The notes below the pieces were generated by a model. It saw only the letters and a program-made list of their open reading frames with translations, was not told the DNA's origin and ran no database searches. A DNA stretch of 64,000 bases from Eledone cirrhosa (Eukaryota): positions 22,878,001 through 22,942,000 of the forward strand of contig OZ024753.1 of the NCBI GenBank assembly GCA_964016885.1, written 5' to 3'. The position numbers and the translations under genes are program-made. This document shows positions 24,001-35,949 of this stretch, piece after piece (positions within the stretch are counted from its first letter, which is position 1; each line of letters starts with the position of its first letter).

Positions 24001-27000
24001 GGTGGTGTTGGTGTTGACTGTCGTGTTGTTGGTGGTGGAGGTGGTGTCGGTGTTGACTGTCGTGTTGTTGGTGGTGGAGGTGGTGTTGGTGTTGACTGTC
24101 GTGTTGTTGGTGGTGGAGGTGGTGTTGGTGTTGACTTTGTGTTGGTGGTGGTGGAGGTGGTGTTGGTGTTGACTGTCGTGTTGGTGGTGGTGGTGGTGGT
24201 GTTGGTGTTGACTGTCGTGTTGTTGGTGGTGGAGGTGGTGTTGGTGTTGACTGTCGTGTTGTTGGTGGTGGAGGTGGTGTTGGTGTTGACTGTCGTGTTG
24301 TTGGTGGTGGAGGTGGTGTTGGTGTTGACTGTCGTGTTGTTGGTGGTGGAGGTGGTGTTGGTGTTGACTGTTGTGTTGGTGGTGGTGGAGGTGGTGTTGG
24401 TGTTGACTGTCGTGTTGGTGGTGGTGTTGGTGGTGTTGGTGTTGACTGTCGTGTTGTTGGTGGTGGAGGTGGTGTTGGTGTTGACTGTCGTGTTGTTGGT
24501 GGTGGAGGTGGTGTTGGTGTTGACTGTCGTGTTGGTGGTGGAGGTGGTGTTGGGGTTGACTGTCGTGTTGTTGGTGGTGGCGGTGGTGGAGGTGGTGTTG
24601 ACTGTCGTGTTGGTGGTGGAGGTGGTGTTGGTGTTGACTGTCGTGTTGGTGGTGGTGGAGGTGGTGTTGGTGTTGACTGTCGTGTTGTTGGTGGTGGAGG
24701 TGGTGTTGGTGTTGACTATCGTGTTGTTGGTGGTGGAGGTGGTGTTGGTGTTGACTGTCGTGTTGGTGGTGGAGGTGGTGTTGGGGTTGACTGTCGTGTT
24801 GTTGGTGGTGGCGGTGGTGGAGGTGGTGTTGACTGTCGTGTTGGTGGTGGAGGTGGTGTTGGTGTTGACTGTCGTGTTGGTGGTGGTGGAGGTGGTGTTG
24901 GTGTTGACTGTCGTGTTGTTGGTGGTGGAGGTGGTGTTGGTGTTGACAGTCGTGTTGGTGGTGGAGGTGGTGTTGGTGTTGACTGTCGTGTTGGTAGTGG
25001 TGGAGGTGGTGTTGGTGTTGACTGTCGTGTTGTTGGTGGTGGTGGTGGTGTTGGTGTTGACAGTCGTGTTGGTGGTGGTGGAGGTGGTGTTGACTGTCGT
25101 GTTGTTGGGGTGGAGGTGGTGTTGGTGTTGACTGTCGTGTTGGTGGTGGTGGAGGTGGTGTTGGTATTGACTGTCGTGCTGTTGGTGGCGGAGGTGGTGT
25201 TGGTGTTGACTGTCGTGTTGGTGGTGGTGGAGGTGGTGTTGGTGTTGACTGTCGTGTTGTTGGTGGTGGAGGTGGTGTTGGTGTTGACTGTCGTGTTGTT
25301 GGTGGTGGAGGTGGTGTTGGTGTTGACAGTCGTGTTGGTGGTGGTGGAGGTGGTGTTGGTGTTGACTGTCGTGTTTATGGTGGTGGTGGTGGTGTTGGTG
25401 TTGACAGTCGTGTTGGTGGTGGTGGAGGTGGTGTTGACTGTCGTGTTGTTGGGGTCGAGGTGGTGTTGGTGTTGACTGTCGTGTTTATGGTGGTGGTGGT
25501 GGTGTTGGTGTTGACAGTCGTGTTGGTGGTGGTGGTGGTGGTCTTGGTGTTGACAGTCGTGTTGGTGGTGGTGGAGGTGGTGTTCGTGTTGACTGTCGTG
25601 TTGTTGTTGGTGGTGGTGGTGTTGGTGTTGACTGTTGTGTTGGTGGTGGTGGAGGTGGTGTCGTAGTTGACTGTCGTGTTGTTGGTGGTGGAGGTGGTGT
25701 TGGTGTTGACTGTCGTGTTGTTGTTGGTGGCGGTGGTGTTGGTGTTGACTGTTGTGTTGGTGGTGGTGGAGGTGGTGTCGTAGTTAACTGTCGTGTTGTT
25801 GGTGGTGGAGGTGGTGTTGGTGTCGACTGCGTGTTGGTGGTGGAGTTGGTGTTGGTGTTGACTGTCGTGTTGGTGTTGGTGGTGGTGGTGTTGGTGTTGA
25901 CTGTCGTGTTGTTGGTGGTGGAGTTGGTGTTGGTGTTGACTGTCGTGTTGGTGGTGGAGGTGGTGTTGGTGTTGACTGTTGTGTTGGTGGTGGTGGAGGT
26001 GGTGTCGTAGTTAACTGTCGTGTTGTTGGTGGTGGAGGTGGTGTTGGTGTCGACTGCGTGTTGGTGGTGGAGTTGGTGTTGGTGTTGACTGTCGTGTTGG
26101 TGGTGGTGGAGGTGGTGTTGGTGTTGACTGTCGTGTTGGTGGTGGTGGAGGTGGTGTTGGTGTTGACTGTCGTGTTGTTGGTGATGGAGTTGGTGTTGGT
26201 GTTGACTGTCGTGTTGTTGGTGGTGGAGGAGGTGTTGCTGTCGACTCTCGTGTTGGTGGTGGAGGTGGTGTTGGTGTTGACTGTCGTGTTGGTGGTGGTG
26301 GAGGTGGTGTTGGTGTTGACTGTCGTGTTGGTGGTGGTGGAGGTGGTGTTGGTGTTGACTGTCGTGTTGTTGGTGATGGAGGAGGTGTTGCTGTCGACTC
26401 TCGTGTTGGTGGTGGAGGTGGTGTTGGTGTTGACTGTCGTGTTGGTGGTGGTGGAGGTGGTGTTGGTGTTGACTGTCGTGTTGGTGGTGGTGGAGGTGGT
26501 GTTGGTGTTGACTGTCGTGTTGTTGGTGATGGAGGAGGTGTTGCTGTCGACTCTCGTGTCGGTGGTGGAGGTGGTGTTGGTGTTGACTGTCGTGTTGGTG
26601 GTGGTGGAGGTGGTGTTGGTGTTGACTGTCGTGTTGGTGGTGGTGAAGGTGGTGTTGGTGTTGACTGTCGTGTTGTTGGTGATGGAGGTGGTGTTGGTGT
26701 TGACTGTCGTGTTGTTGGTGGTGGAGGTGGTGTTGGTGTTGACTGTCGTGTTCGTGGTGATGGAGGTGGTGTTGGTGTTGACTGTCGTGTTGTTGGTGAT
26801 GGAGGTGGTGTTGGTGTTGACTGTCGTGTTGTAGGTGGTGGAGGTGGTGTTGGTGTTGACTGTCGTGTTGGTGGTGGTGGAGGTGGTGTTGGTGTTGACT
26901 GTCGTGTTGGTGGTGGATGTGGTGTTGGTGTTGACTGTCGTGTTGGTGGTGGTGGAGGTGGTGTTGGTGTCGAGTCTCGTGTTGGTGGTGGAGGTGGTGT

Positions 27001-29860
27001 TGGTGCTGACTGTCGTGTTGGTGGTGGTGGAGGTGGTGTTGGTGTTGACTGTCGTGTTGGTGGTGGAGGAGGTGGTGTTGGTGTTGACTGTCGTGTTGGT
27101 GGTGGTGGAGATGGTGTTGGTGTTGACTGTCGTGTTGTTGATGATGGAGGAGGTGTTGGTGTCGACTGTCGTGTTGGTGGTGGAGGTGGTGTTGGTGTTG
27201 ACTGTCCTGTTGGTGGTGGTGGAAGAGGTGTTGGTGTTGACTGTCGTGTTGGTGGTGGAGGAGGTGGTGTTGGTGTTGACTGTCGTGTTGGTGGTGCTGG
27301 AGGTGGTGTTGGTGTTGACTGTCGTGTTGGTGGTGGTGGAGTTGGTGTTGGTGTTGACTGTTGTGTTGTTGGTGGTGGAGGTGGTTTTGGTGTTGACTGT
27401 CGTGTTGTTGGTGGTGGTGGTTTTGGTGTTGACTGTCGTGTTGGTGGTGGTGGAGGTGTTGGTGTTGACTGTCGTGTTGGTGGAGAAGGTGTTGGTGTTG
27501 ACTGTTGTGTTGTTGGTGGTGGAGGTCGTGTTGGTGTTGACTGTCGTGTTTTTGGTGGAGGTGGTGTTGGTGTTGACTGTCGTGTTGGTGGTGGTGGAGT
27601 TGGTGTTGGTGTTGACTGTCGTGTTGTTGGTGGAGGTGGTTTTGGTGTTGACTGTCGAGTTGGTGGTGGTGGTGGAGGTGTTGGTGTTGACTGTCGTGTT
27701 GGTGGTGGTGGTGGTGGTGTTGGTGTTGACTGTAGTGTTGGTGGTGGTGGAGGAGGTGTTGGTGTTGACTGTTGTGTTGTTGGTGGTGGAGGTGGTTTTG
27801 GTGTTGACTGTCGTGTTGTTGGTGGTGGAGGAGGTGTTGGTGTTGACTGTTGTGTTGTTGGTGGTGGAGTTGGTGTTGGTGTTGACTGTCGTGTTGTTGG
27901 TGGAGGTGGTTTTAGTGTTGACTGTAGTGTTGGTGGTGGTGGAGGTGGTGTTGGTGTTATCTGTTGTGTTGTTGGTGGTGGAGGCGGTGTTGGTGTTGAC
28001 TGTCGTGCTGGTGGTGGTGGCGGTGGTGTTGGTGTTGACTGTTGTGTTGTTGGTGGTGGAGGCGGTGTTGGTGTTGACTGTCTATTGTTGGTGGAGGAGG
28101 TGTTGGTGTTGACTGTTGTGTTGTTGGTGGTGGAGGTGGTTTTGGTGTTGACTGTCGTGTTGTTGGTGGTGGAGGAGGTGTTGGTGTTGACTGTTGTGTT
28201 GTTGGTGGTGGAGTTGGTGTTGATGTTGACTGTCGTGTTGTTGGTGGAGGTGGTTTTAGTGTTGACTGTAGTGTTGGTGGTGGTGGAGGTGGTGTTGGTG
28301 TTATCTGTTGTGTTGTTGGTGGTGGAGGCGGTGTTGGTGTTGACTGTCGTGTTGGTGGTGGTGGCGGTGGTGTTGGTGTTGACTGTTGTGTTGTTGGTGG
28401 TGGAGGCGGTGCTGGTGTTGACTGTCTATTGTTGGTGGAGGAGATGTTGGTGTTGACTGTTGTGTTGTTGGTGGTGGAGGTCGTGTTGGTGTTGACTGTC
28501 GTGTTGTTGGTGGTGGTGGTGTTGGTGTTGACTGTCGTGTTGTTGGTGGTGGAGTTGGTGTTGGTGTTGACTGTCGTGTTGTTGGTGGTGTTGGTGTTGG
28601 TGTTGACTGTCGTGTTGGTGGTGTTGGTGTTGACTGTCGTGTTGGTGGTGGTGGTGGTGGTGTTGGTGTTGACTGTCGTGTTGTCGGTGGTGGAGGTGGT
28701 GTTGGTGTTGACTGTCGTGTTGTTGGTGGTGGTGGTGTTGGTGTTGACTGTCGTGTTGGTGGTGGTGGTGGTGGTGTTGGTGTTGACTGTCGTGTTGTTG
28801 GTGGTGGAGGTGGTGTTGGTGTTGACTGTTGTGTTGGTGGTGGTGGTGGTGGTGTTGGTGTTGACTGTCGTGTTGTTGGTGGTGGAGGTGGTGTTGGTGT
28901 TGACTGTCGTGTTGTTGGTGATGGAGGTGGTGTTGGTGTTGACTGTCGTGTTGGTGGTGGTGGAGGTGGTGTTGGTGTTGACTGTCGTGTTGTTGGTGGT
29001 GGAGGCGGTGTTGGTGTTGACTGTCGTGTTGTTGGTGGAGGATGTGTTGGTGTTGACTGTTGTGTTGTTGGTGGTGGAGGTGGTGTTGGTGTTGACTGTC
29101 GTGTTGGTGGTGGTGGTGGAGTTGGTGTTGGTGTTGACTGTCGTGTTGGTGGTGGTGGAGGAGGTGTTGGTGTTGACTGTCGTGTTGGTGGTGGTGGAGG
29201 TGGTGGTGTTGACTGTCGTGTTGGTGGTGGTGGAGGTGGTGTTGGTGTTGACTGTTGTGTTGTTGGTGGTGGAGGAGGTGTTGGTGTTGACCGTCGTGTT
29301 GTTGGTGGTGGAGGTGGTGTTGGTGTTGACTGTCGTGTTGGTGGTGGTGGAGGAGGTGTTGGTGTTGACTGTCGTGTTGGTGGTGGTGGAGGAGGTGTTG
29401 GTGTTGACTGTCGTGTTGGTGGTGGTGGAGGTGGTGTTGGTGTTGACTGTCGTGTTGGTGGTGGTGGAGGAGGTGTTGGTGTTGACTGTCCTGTTGGTGG
29501 TGGTGGAGGTGGTGTTGGTGTTGACTGTTGTGTTGTTGGTGGTGGAGGTGGTGTTGGTGTTGACTGTCGTGTTGGTGGTGGTGGAGGTGGTGTTGGTGTT
29601 GACTGCCGTGTTGTTGGTGGAGGTGGTGTTGGTGTTGACTGTCGTGATATTGGTGGTGGAGGTGGTGTTGGTGTTGACTGTCGTGTTGTTGGTGGTGGAG
29701 GTGGTTTTGGTGTTGACTGTCGTGTTGGTGGTGGTGGAGGAGGTGTTGGTGTTGACTGTTGTGTTGTTGGTGGTGGAGGCGGTGTTGGTGTTGACTGTCG
29801 TGTTGGTGTTGGTGGTGGTGTTGGTGTTGACTGTCGTGTTGGTGGTGGAGTTGGTGGTGT
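1..29860. repeat. ~30-kb tandem array of a 39-bp unit (GTGTTGGTGTTGACTGTCGTGTTGGTGGTGGTGGAGGTG), running off the left edge
   Basis: Unit is directly visible throughout, with codon-sized indels and recurrent variants. The plus strand is almost only G/T. It explains all the long V/L-, G-, T/N-, P- and H-rich ORFs in the track. Confidence 0.98.
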
Positions 29861-30011
29861 TTGCTGCTGATGTTGTAGCTGCTGTTGTTACTGCCGCTGC
29901 TGCTGTTCTTGTTGTTGTTCTTGTTGTTGCTTCTGCTGCTGTTATTGTTTTCAGAATTTTGGCTGTTCCACTCTCTGGACAGCCCGCCATTCCGTTTAGC
30001 GGATGCATCAT
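27957..30011 (-). CDS. Possible Thr/Asn-rich mucin-like ORF entering the array (unverified)
   Basis: ATG-initiated 684-aa ORF with a unique start (MMHPLNG...TITAAEATTRTTTRTAAAAVTTAATTSAA) grading into TTVNTNTTSTTTN repeats. No signal peptide. It frameshifts into Pro and His phases, and openness is expected from composition alone. Confidence 0.2.
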   Translation of the reverse strand: MMHPLNGMAGCPESGTAKILKTITAAEATTRTTTRTAAAAVTTAATTSAANTTNSTTNTTVNTNTTTNTNTTVNTNTASTTNNTTVNTNTSSTTTNTTVNTKTTSTTNNTTVNTNTTSTTNITTVNTNTTSTNNTAVNTNTTSTTTNTTVNTNTTSTTNNTTVNTNTTSTTTNRTVNTNTSSTTTNTTVNTNTTSTTTNTTVNTNTSSTTTNTTVNTNTSSTTTNTTVNTNTTSTTNNTTVNTNTSSTTNNTTVNTNTTSTTTNTTVNTTTSTTTNTTVNTNTSSTTTNTTVNTNTNSTTTTNTTVNTNTTSTTNNTTVNTNTSSTNNTTVNTNTASTTNNTTVNTNTTSTTTNTTVNTNTTSITNNTTVNTNTTSTTNNTTVNTNTTTTTTNTTVNTNTTSTTNNTTVNTNTTTTTTNTTVNTNTTTTNNTTVNTNTTSTTDNTTVNTNTTTTTTNTTVNTNTTNTTVNTNTNTTNNTTVNTNTNSTTNNTTVNTNTTTTNNTTVNTNTTSTTNNTTVNTNISSTNNRQSTPAPPPPPTTQQSTPTPPPPPPTRQSTPTPPPPPTTQQITPTPPPPPPTLQSTLKPPPPTTRQSTSTPTPPPTTQQSTPTPPPPPTTRQSTPKPPPPPTTQQSTPTPPPPTIDSQHQHRLHHQQHNSQHQHHRHHHQHDSQHQHRLHHQQHNR

Positions 30012-30256
30012 TTTTCTGCACCATCTTAATTTTCGCAGAAAAGTGAGGGGTGCGTTTTAATAAGAAACGCAGAGATTTCACCTTAAGGGTTTCTGCTGGA
30101 GTTAAATGAACCAGCTCACAAGGACACTGGCTTGCTTAGCTTCAAAAAAATATCAAAATTTCTTTGCAAAGCGTTGATTAACAGGGAAAATAGAACAAAC
30201 TTACAGGAGCGAAGTGAACCTCGTCTTCAAAGACTGAACCATAATAATAATAATAA

Positions 30257-30441
30257 TTGTTTCTTCTTTTGGCACAAGGCCAGCAATTACCCGGTGCATT
30301 ACTGGTACTTTATTTTATCGACCCCGTAATGATGAAAGGCAAATTAACCTCGGCGGGATTTGAACACAGAATGGCAAGGGCCGTAACTCTATGCGTCAAA
30401 TCGTGGCATCCGACCCTCTACCGATACTGCCAATCACTCGC
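30257..30441 (-). mobile_element. tRNA-derived SINE (family A)
   Basis: Reverse complement of the 61675-61857 copy: B-box-like GTTCAAATCC, core GCCTTTCATC...GTCGATAAAATAAAGTACCAG, tail GGCCTTGTGCC, ending in (TTA)n. Confidence 0.9.
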
Positions 30442-30465
30442 AGACAGAATAATAATAATAATAAT

Positions 30466-30804
30466 ATTGCAAAAATGTGGAAGTTGAGAACTAAAACAAT
30501 ACCAATGGTTGTAGGTGCTCTACGAATGATACCTAAGGGGTCTAATGATTACTTATACCAAATCCCAGGAAACCCGCGTATAGAAGATATATAAAATATC
30601 GTACTAATGGGAACTGCCCATATACTAAGGAACATTCTGTCAATATAAATACATCATAAGTGTAAATAACTAAAGATACATGTGTGTGTGTATCTCTTGA
30701 ACACGGCGGACCTTGTTGTGTCTTGAGGTCACTGGTTGTGACTTGGTAATGACTCGTATAAACATAAAGTAAGATAAACGAAACGATGATAATAATAATA
30801 TAAT
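30466..30804 (+). mobile_element. 3' fragment of an R4/Dong-type (restriction-like endonuclease) non-LTR retrotransposon
   Basis: Translates as IAKMWKLRTKTIPMVVGALRMIPKG...PRIEDI*NIVLMGTAHILRNILSI* (ends 30648), matching the R4/Dong/Rex6 C-terminal pattern (IPxVxGALG...GTAHILRxxL). Premature stop at 30592. Flanked on both sides by (AAT)n. Confidence 0.75.
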
Positions 30805-31494
30805 CTGAAAATGTGAATATTTTATGCTTTGATTTGATTTTAGTCTGGTTTTCAGAAGCGAGCAAGCGCTTACGTGCACCTACGTAAAAGTAGCACAAGA
30901 GTTCAGTATTTTCCATTGCTTTTATATGTCTCTTATTCTCATAAACCAACTTTTAACGCTAAGAAATATTGTTTCCCATTGAGTTAAGATTTAAATCCTA
31001 GCGTTTCATATTTATGATATAGAAGTTATGGAAAATGACGGAATTAGGCGCTTAAAATCGGGTATCATGTACCCATTAAACTCAGTAATAAACATATATA
31101 TTTTATATATATACATATCCTTCTTCTACAGCCAGTGTCCACAGGAAGGCGTTTGAAGAACACGCATTTAAATTCGAACAGCAAAACTGTTTCAGCAGTA
31201 AAGAATGTTTATAGATCAATTTTACATTCAGCATCTCGCGGGTGATATCTTCCCTACTCTCACTTCTTACCAAGATCAACTTTGACTCGATCCGGGTTCA
31301 CCGGGAGTTAAACAGTAACAAAAGCAAATATATTAAACTATAGCAACCACTGTTTATCTCAAAACTATATTTCCCTGTACAGTTTCCATGATTCCATTTT
31401 GATTGGGGAAAATATCTTATGAAAATTTATTAGCATCCCGATTTCTTTTTATGCCTTTAATTAAATATTGCTAACTACAAAGAAATCAAATAAT

Positions 31495-31678
31495 TGTTTC
31501 TACTTTAGGCACAAGGCCAGCAATTACCCAGTACATTACTGGTACTTTATTTTATCGACCCGTAAGGATGAAAGGCAAAGTTAACCTTGGCGGGATTTGA
31601 ACTCAGATCATAAAGGGACGTAACTCTATGCTTCAAAGCATGGTGTCCGACTCTCTACCGATACTGCCACTCCACCGC
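31495..31678 (-). mobile_element. SINE family A with TSD
   Basis: Full copy; ACAAAGAAATCAAATAAT is duplicated at 31477 and 31679. Confidence 0.9.
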
Positions 31679-31696
31679 ACAAAGAAATCAAATAAT

Positions 31697-31858
31697 TGTT
31701 TCTACTTTTGGCACAAGGCCAGCAATTACCCAGTGCATTACTGGTACTTTATTTTATCGACCCCGTAAGGATGAAAGGCAAAGTCAACCTCGGCGGGATT
31801 TGAACTCAGATCGTAAAGGGACGTAACTATGCTGGAAAGCATGGCGTCCGACCCTCTA
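31697..31858 (-). mobile_element. SINE family A (tandem neighbour, 5' clipped)
   Basis: Same core and tail as the other copies. Confidence 0.9.
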
Positions 31859-31908
31859 TCTTTCATTTCATATCGGAAAATATGTGAAGAATGCCGATAA
31901 AGCTATTG

Positions 31909-31910
<2 letters not shown>

Positions 31911-31984
<74 letters not shown>

Positions 31985-32146
31985 GACACATATATATGCA
32001 TCAATATATATATAGATATATGTATATTTGTGTATATATATATAAACACATATATATGTATCAATATATATATATGTATATTTGTGTGTGTGTATATATA
32101 TATATATATATAGACACATATATATGTATCAATATATATATATATT

Positions 32147-32187
<41 letters not shown>

Positions 32188-32278
32188 GGGGTCGATAAAA
32201 TAAAGTACTAGTAATGCACTGGATATTTGCTGGCCTCGTGCCAATAGTAGAAATAAATTATATATATATATGTATATT

Positions 32279-32320
<42 letters not shown>
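31911..32320. repeat. (TA)n-rich microsatellite block containing a SINE 3' half (32186-32255, +)
   Basis: Pure and degenerate TA runs; embedded CGGGGTCGATAAAATAAAGTAC...GCTGGCCTCGTGCC. Confidence 0.9.
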
Positions 32321-32321
<1 letters not shown>

Positions 32322-32744
32322 TTAGTTTTATCTTCGATGTTGTGATATTTCATCCAGAAATCTGAGGACATGTCTTATTTTTAAGTAATAATCAACTTTA
32401 ACTCGGCATATCTCTTTCAGTTGAAATAATTCCTTCTTTTGAGAGATTGCAAAGTCGATAACTTTTCAACATAATTAATGTTGAATGTGAAACTTACAGA
32501 AAAAACAAATATCAAAGTTTAAAAGCTGGGAAATAAATAATTGAAAGTCCCCTCTTCCTCAGCAGCATCTGAATTAATATAGAAGATAAAATAAAAACGA
32601 AATGAATTCGAGGAAAAAAATAATGAAAACTTTTTGCTGAATATATTTAAAGATGGGACAGATGAGAAATTTGCTGAGATCGAATGATTTAGGTGGAGGA
32701 AAGAAAATATTTCCACTCTTCTATTATGATTATTTTAAAGAGAT

Positions 32745-32965
32745 GCGATGGATTGCCAGTTATTGGTAAAGCGTCCGACAACATACTTCACGGCACAAAG
32801 TTACGTCCCTTTACTTTCTGAGTACAAATCCCCCCAAGATACGCTTTACTTTTCATCCCTGTGGGGTCGATAAAATAAAATACCTGTAATGCACGAGGGT
32901 CGATCTAATCGACTATTCACTCCCCCAAAATTGTTGGCCTTGTGCGTAAAACAGGAACCATTATT
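32745..32965 (+). mobile_element. Older, diverged SINE variant
   Basis: TTTCATCCCTGTGGGGTCGATAAAATAAA...GGGTCGATCTAATCGACT...GGCCTTGTGC; diverged head. Confidence 0.75.
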
Positions 32966-33994
32966 TTAAGGATATGTCACCACAACCACCACCACCACCA
33001 CTAATACTAATATTATATTCTAATTCAGGCACAAGGCCAGCAATAAACGAGAATAAGTAAGTGAATTAAATCGAATCAATTCTTTGCTTGTTTTTATTTC
33101 ATCGACTAGAAAGAAATGGAAGCTCTACATTCAGCCGCCAGAGAAACTACTCTGTATTTGAATAACGAACGAAGTTCTAGCGGAAACTTATATTTAGCTG
33201 ATTTGCCATTAGAGAGCCAACTAAAGCAAGTAGACGTCTATATTCCATGGAACATTTTTCAGCATTCAGTTAGAGAAAATACAAAACTGAAAGTATGATA
33301 AACTGTGGTTTATTGGCAAAATTCAAGTTTGGTTTGTTTCTGAGACAAAGCTGCCACGTAAAGAAGCAAAATACCATATTTCACCAACATTGGGAAGCCG
33401 AACATATCTCAAATAAGATTAAGAAATCATTCATTATGAATAATCAAGAGAAAACACAACTAACCCTAAAGCTAGTCTGAAAACTAAAGATGAATATGAA
33501 ACAATAATTGGATTAGCAATATAAAACTTTCACGTTATAAGAACAAAAAAACAAACCACCAGAAAGGTGACACATACTTAGGTTATTAAATTTGATCTTT
33601 GCACGCAAAAGTTGTTGCAAACACATCAAAAAAACATTAATGATGATGTTGATAATAATGATGATGTTGATGATGATGATGATGTTGATAATAATAAAAA
33701 AGATGTCACTAAGTGGAATCAACTAAATTTCTGTTAGAATGAGAACCGAAATGAAAGGATAAAAGAAAATAGATTTGAAGTTGGCATGGACGAAAACGGT
33801 AACAACAAATAAAAATGAATAAAGATGATTTCAAGAGAATTAAAACAATGTTAAGGAAATGAAAATGAAGTTAATATAATCCTAGAAACTATTGGAACGG
33901 AAGATCTAACTAGAAAACCAGGAGATTGGGTGAAATGAAAAGCCAGAGTCATAGAAATGAAAGCCCCAGTTTTAAGTAGATATAATCAAATAAT

Positions 33995-34127
33995 TGTTTC
34001 TACGTTAGGCACAAGGCCAGCAATTACTCAGTGTATTACTGGTACTTTATTTTATCGACCCCGTAAGGATGAAAGGCAAAGTTAACCTCGGTGGGATTTG
34101 AACTCAGAATGGCAAGGGCCGTAACTC
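33995..34127 (-). mobile_element. 5'-truncated SINE family A with 14-bp TSD
   Basis: TATAATCAAATAAT at 33981 and 34128 flanks the copy. Confidence 0.9.
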
Positions 34128-35181
34128 TATAATCAAATAATCTTGTAAAGAGGAGGATGAAAAAAATAGGTTCTTAAAAATATACAGAACAGAACGGGTG
34201 GAATTTTAAAGTAGGAGATGAATAAATATCAAAGAATCATCCACCATCATTGAGATGAAGGCGGTAAATTAGTTGTTATAGGGTAGGATTAAATAACTTG
34301 AAGGCGGTGAATTAATTGTTATAGAGTAGGACGTTATAGGTATTTCTCCCGGCGTTCTGAGATCTGTGTTCAAACCCCCCCCCCCCCAATCCACTGTGAT
34401 CTGTGTTCACCCCTCCCCAAACTATTGTGATCTGTGTTCAAATACCCCCCCCCCCCCCCGGCCAACGTTGTCATCTTCATGATTCTTAATTTCATGGTCA
34501 ATCGATAACGTATTATTCTAGAATAGTCTCGTAAGTATGGTGTCTTCCGTGTGCGCTCTTGGTTCAAATCACAACCTCTTTCATTGGTAAAATGTTGACC
34601 TATGAAGACCGCGGAGCTTCATTTAAAAAAGCCCACACTTTTCACATGAGTTCCAACCTTACAGGACATTAGTTAAATCTACGAGTATATGAGCAGTAAC
34701 AACAACATTATTAATATAATCCTGATAAACATGTTCCAGTAAACCATTGGTCTCACGAGACATTGAAATATGTTGAAGAAGCAACAACGGCCGACTACAG
34801 CACAAAACAGGTATTTCCTTAGAGCAGTGGATATTACTTATCACAGCCAATGCATTACAGGTGCCCTTGGGATCCACTAGGTTACAATACGAATGACAGG
34901 AGATTCGTAGGGTGCTCCGATTTAATCAAGCTGATGGATTCTCAAACGTGTTTTTAAGTCTAAAGTCTGTCCCGACCCCGGAGGTTCATCAGGCCGGTGG
35001 TTATCCCGGTTTCCGAGGAGTTAAGTGACCCCCCCCCGGACAGGGAACCTATTTGAGAAACAATTGTTACTATAATAGCAAAGTGACAATGATATATATA
35101 ATGGTTTAGGCAGATCAACGCTGTGTCTACATGTCTGTCCGTTTCTGTTTACTACCAGTGATCTTTTAGTGTCATGCAAAT

Positions 35182-35540
35182 TCATCATCATCATCATCAT
35201 CACCACCACCATCACCATCATCATCACCACCACCATCGTCACCATCATCACCATCACCATCACCATCATCACCATCACTATCACCACCATCACCATCATC
35301 ACCATCATCATCACCATCGTCATCACCATTATCATCACCATCACCATCGTCACCATCACCATCACCATCACCATCACCATCACCATCACCACCATCACCA
35401 TCATCACCATCACCATCACCATCGTCATCATCATCATCATCCCGACCATCACCACCACCATCACCACCATCACCACTATCACCATCACCACCATCATCAC
35501 CACCATCACCTCCATCACTATCACCAACACCATCATCATT
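35182..35540. repeat. Compound (CAT/CAC)n microsatellite
   Basis: Directly visible; source of the poly-His and D/G ORFs. Confidence 0.95.
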
Positions 35541-35949
35541 CTTAACCCTATTCAGGGTCGTTGGAATACTGCAATGTTGAACACTGCACTGCCTCCATCT
35601 CTTCGAGTACTTGGGATATGTCAAAGTCGCCTCCTGTCCCCTCAGCTAGGTTGTCTCCCCTCCTCTGTCTGCTCCGCATTCTATTCCCCGCGCAATCTTA
35701 CTTCCGATTCAATAAACAATTTTATAAATTGAAATCATTGAAATAAAGAAACACACTTAAAGTAGTGAGTTCGATATGATCAATTAAACGCCTAGGGAAC
35801 TACCTCATGGTCACAGTTCAATGATTATGGTCTGGTCCCTTAGCTGCTAGTGAGTGGTAGGGGCGCCGCATTGACATACAGTGTTGGACATTTTAAACCT
35901 GACTGAGCCCAGCTCCTCCCCAGGTCAGGAAGTGAGAGAGATGAAGTGA

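Noticed and set aside
1-29860. Telomeric or CRISPR-like array
   Set aside because: No TTAGGG, and the G-rich strand points into the unique sequence. There are no unique spacers or cas genes, and the context is eukaryotic.
3-30060. Long plus-strand V/L-rich and GVGVDCRVGGGG ORFs
   Set aside because: By-products of the 39-bp repeat, with no unique domains and scattered TAG stops in the V/L frame.
30075-30125. Minus-strand GCTGG..CCAGC-A-GAAA-CCCTTAAGG motif
   Set aside because: No CUGANGA and no stem I.
35021-35732. Poly-His, D/G and M/V ORFs
   Set aside because: Translations of a CAT/CAC microsatellite.
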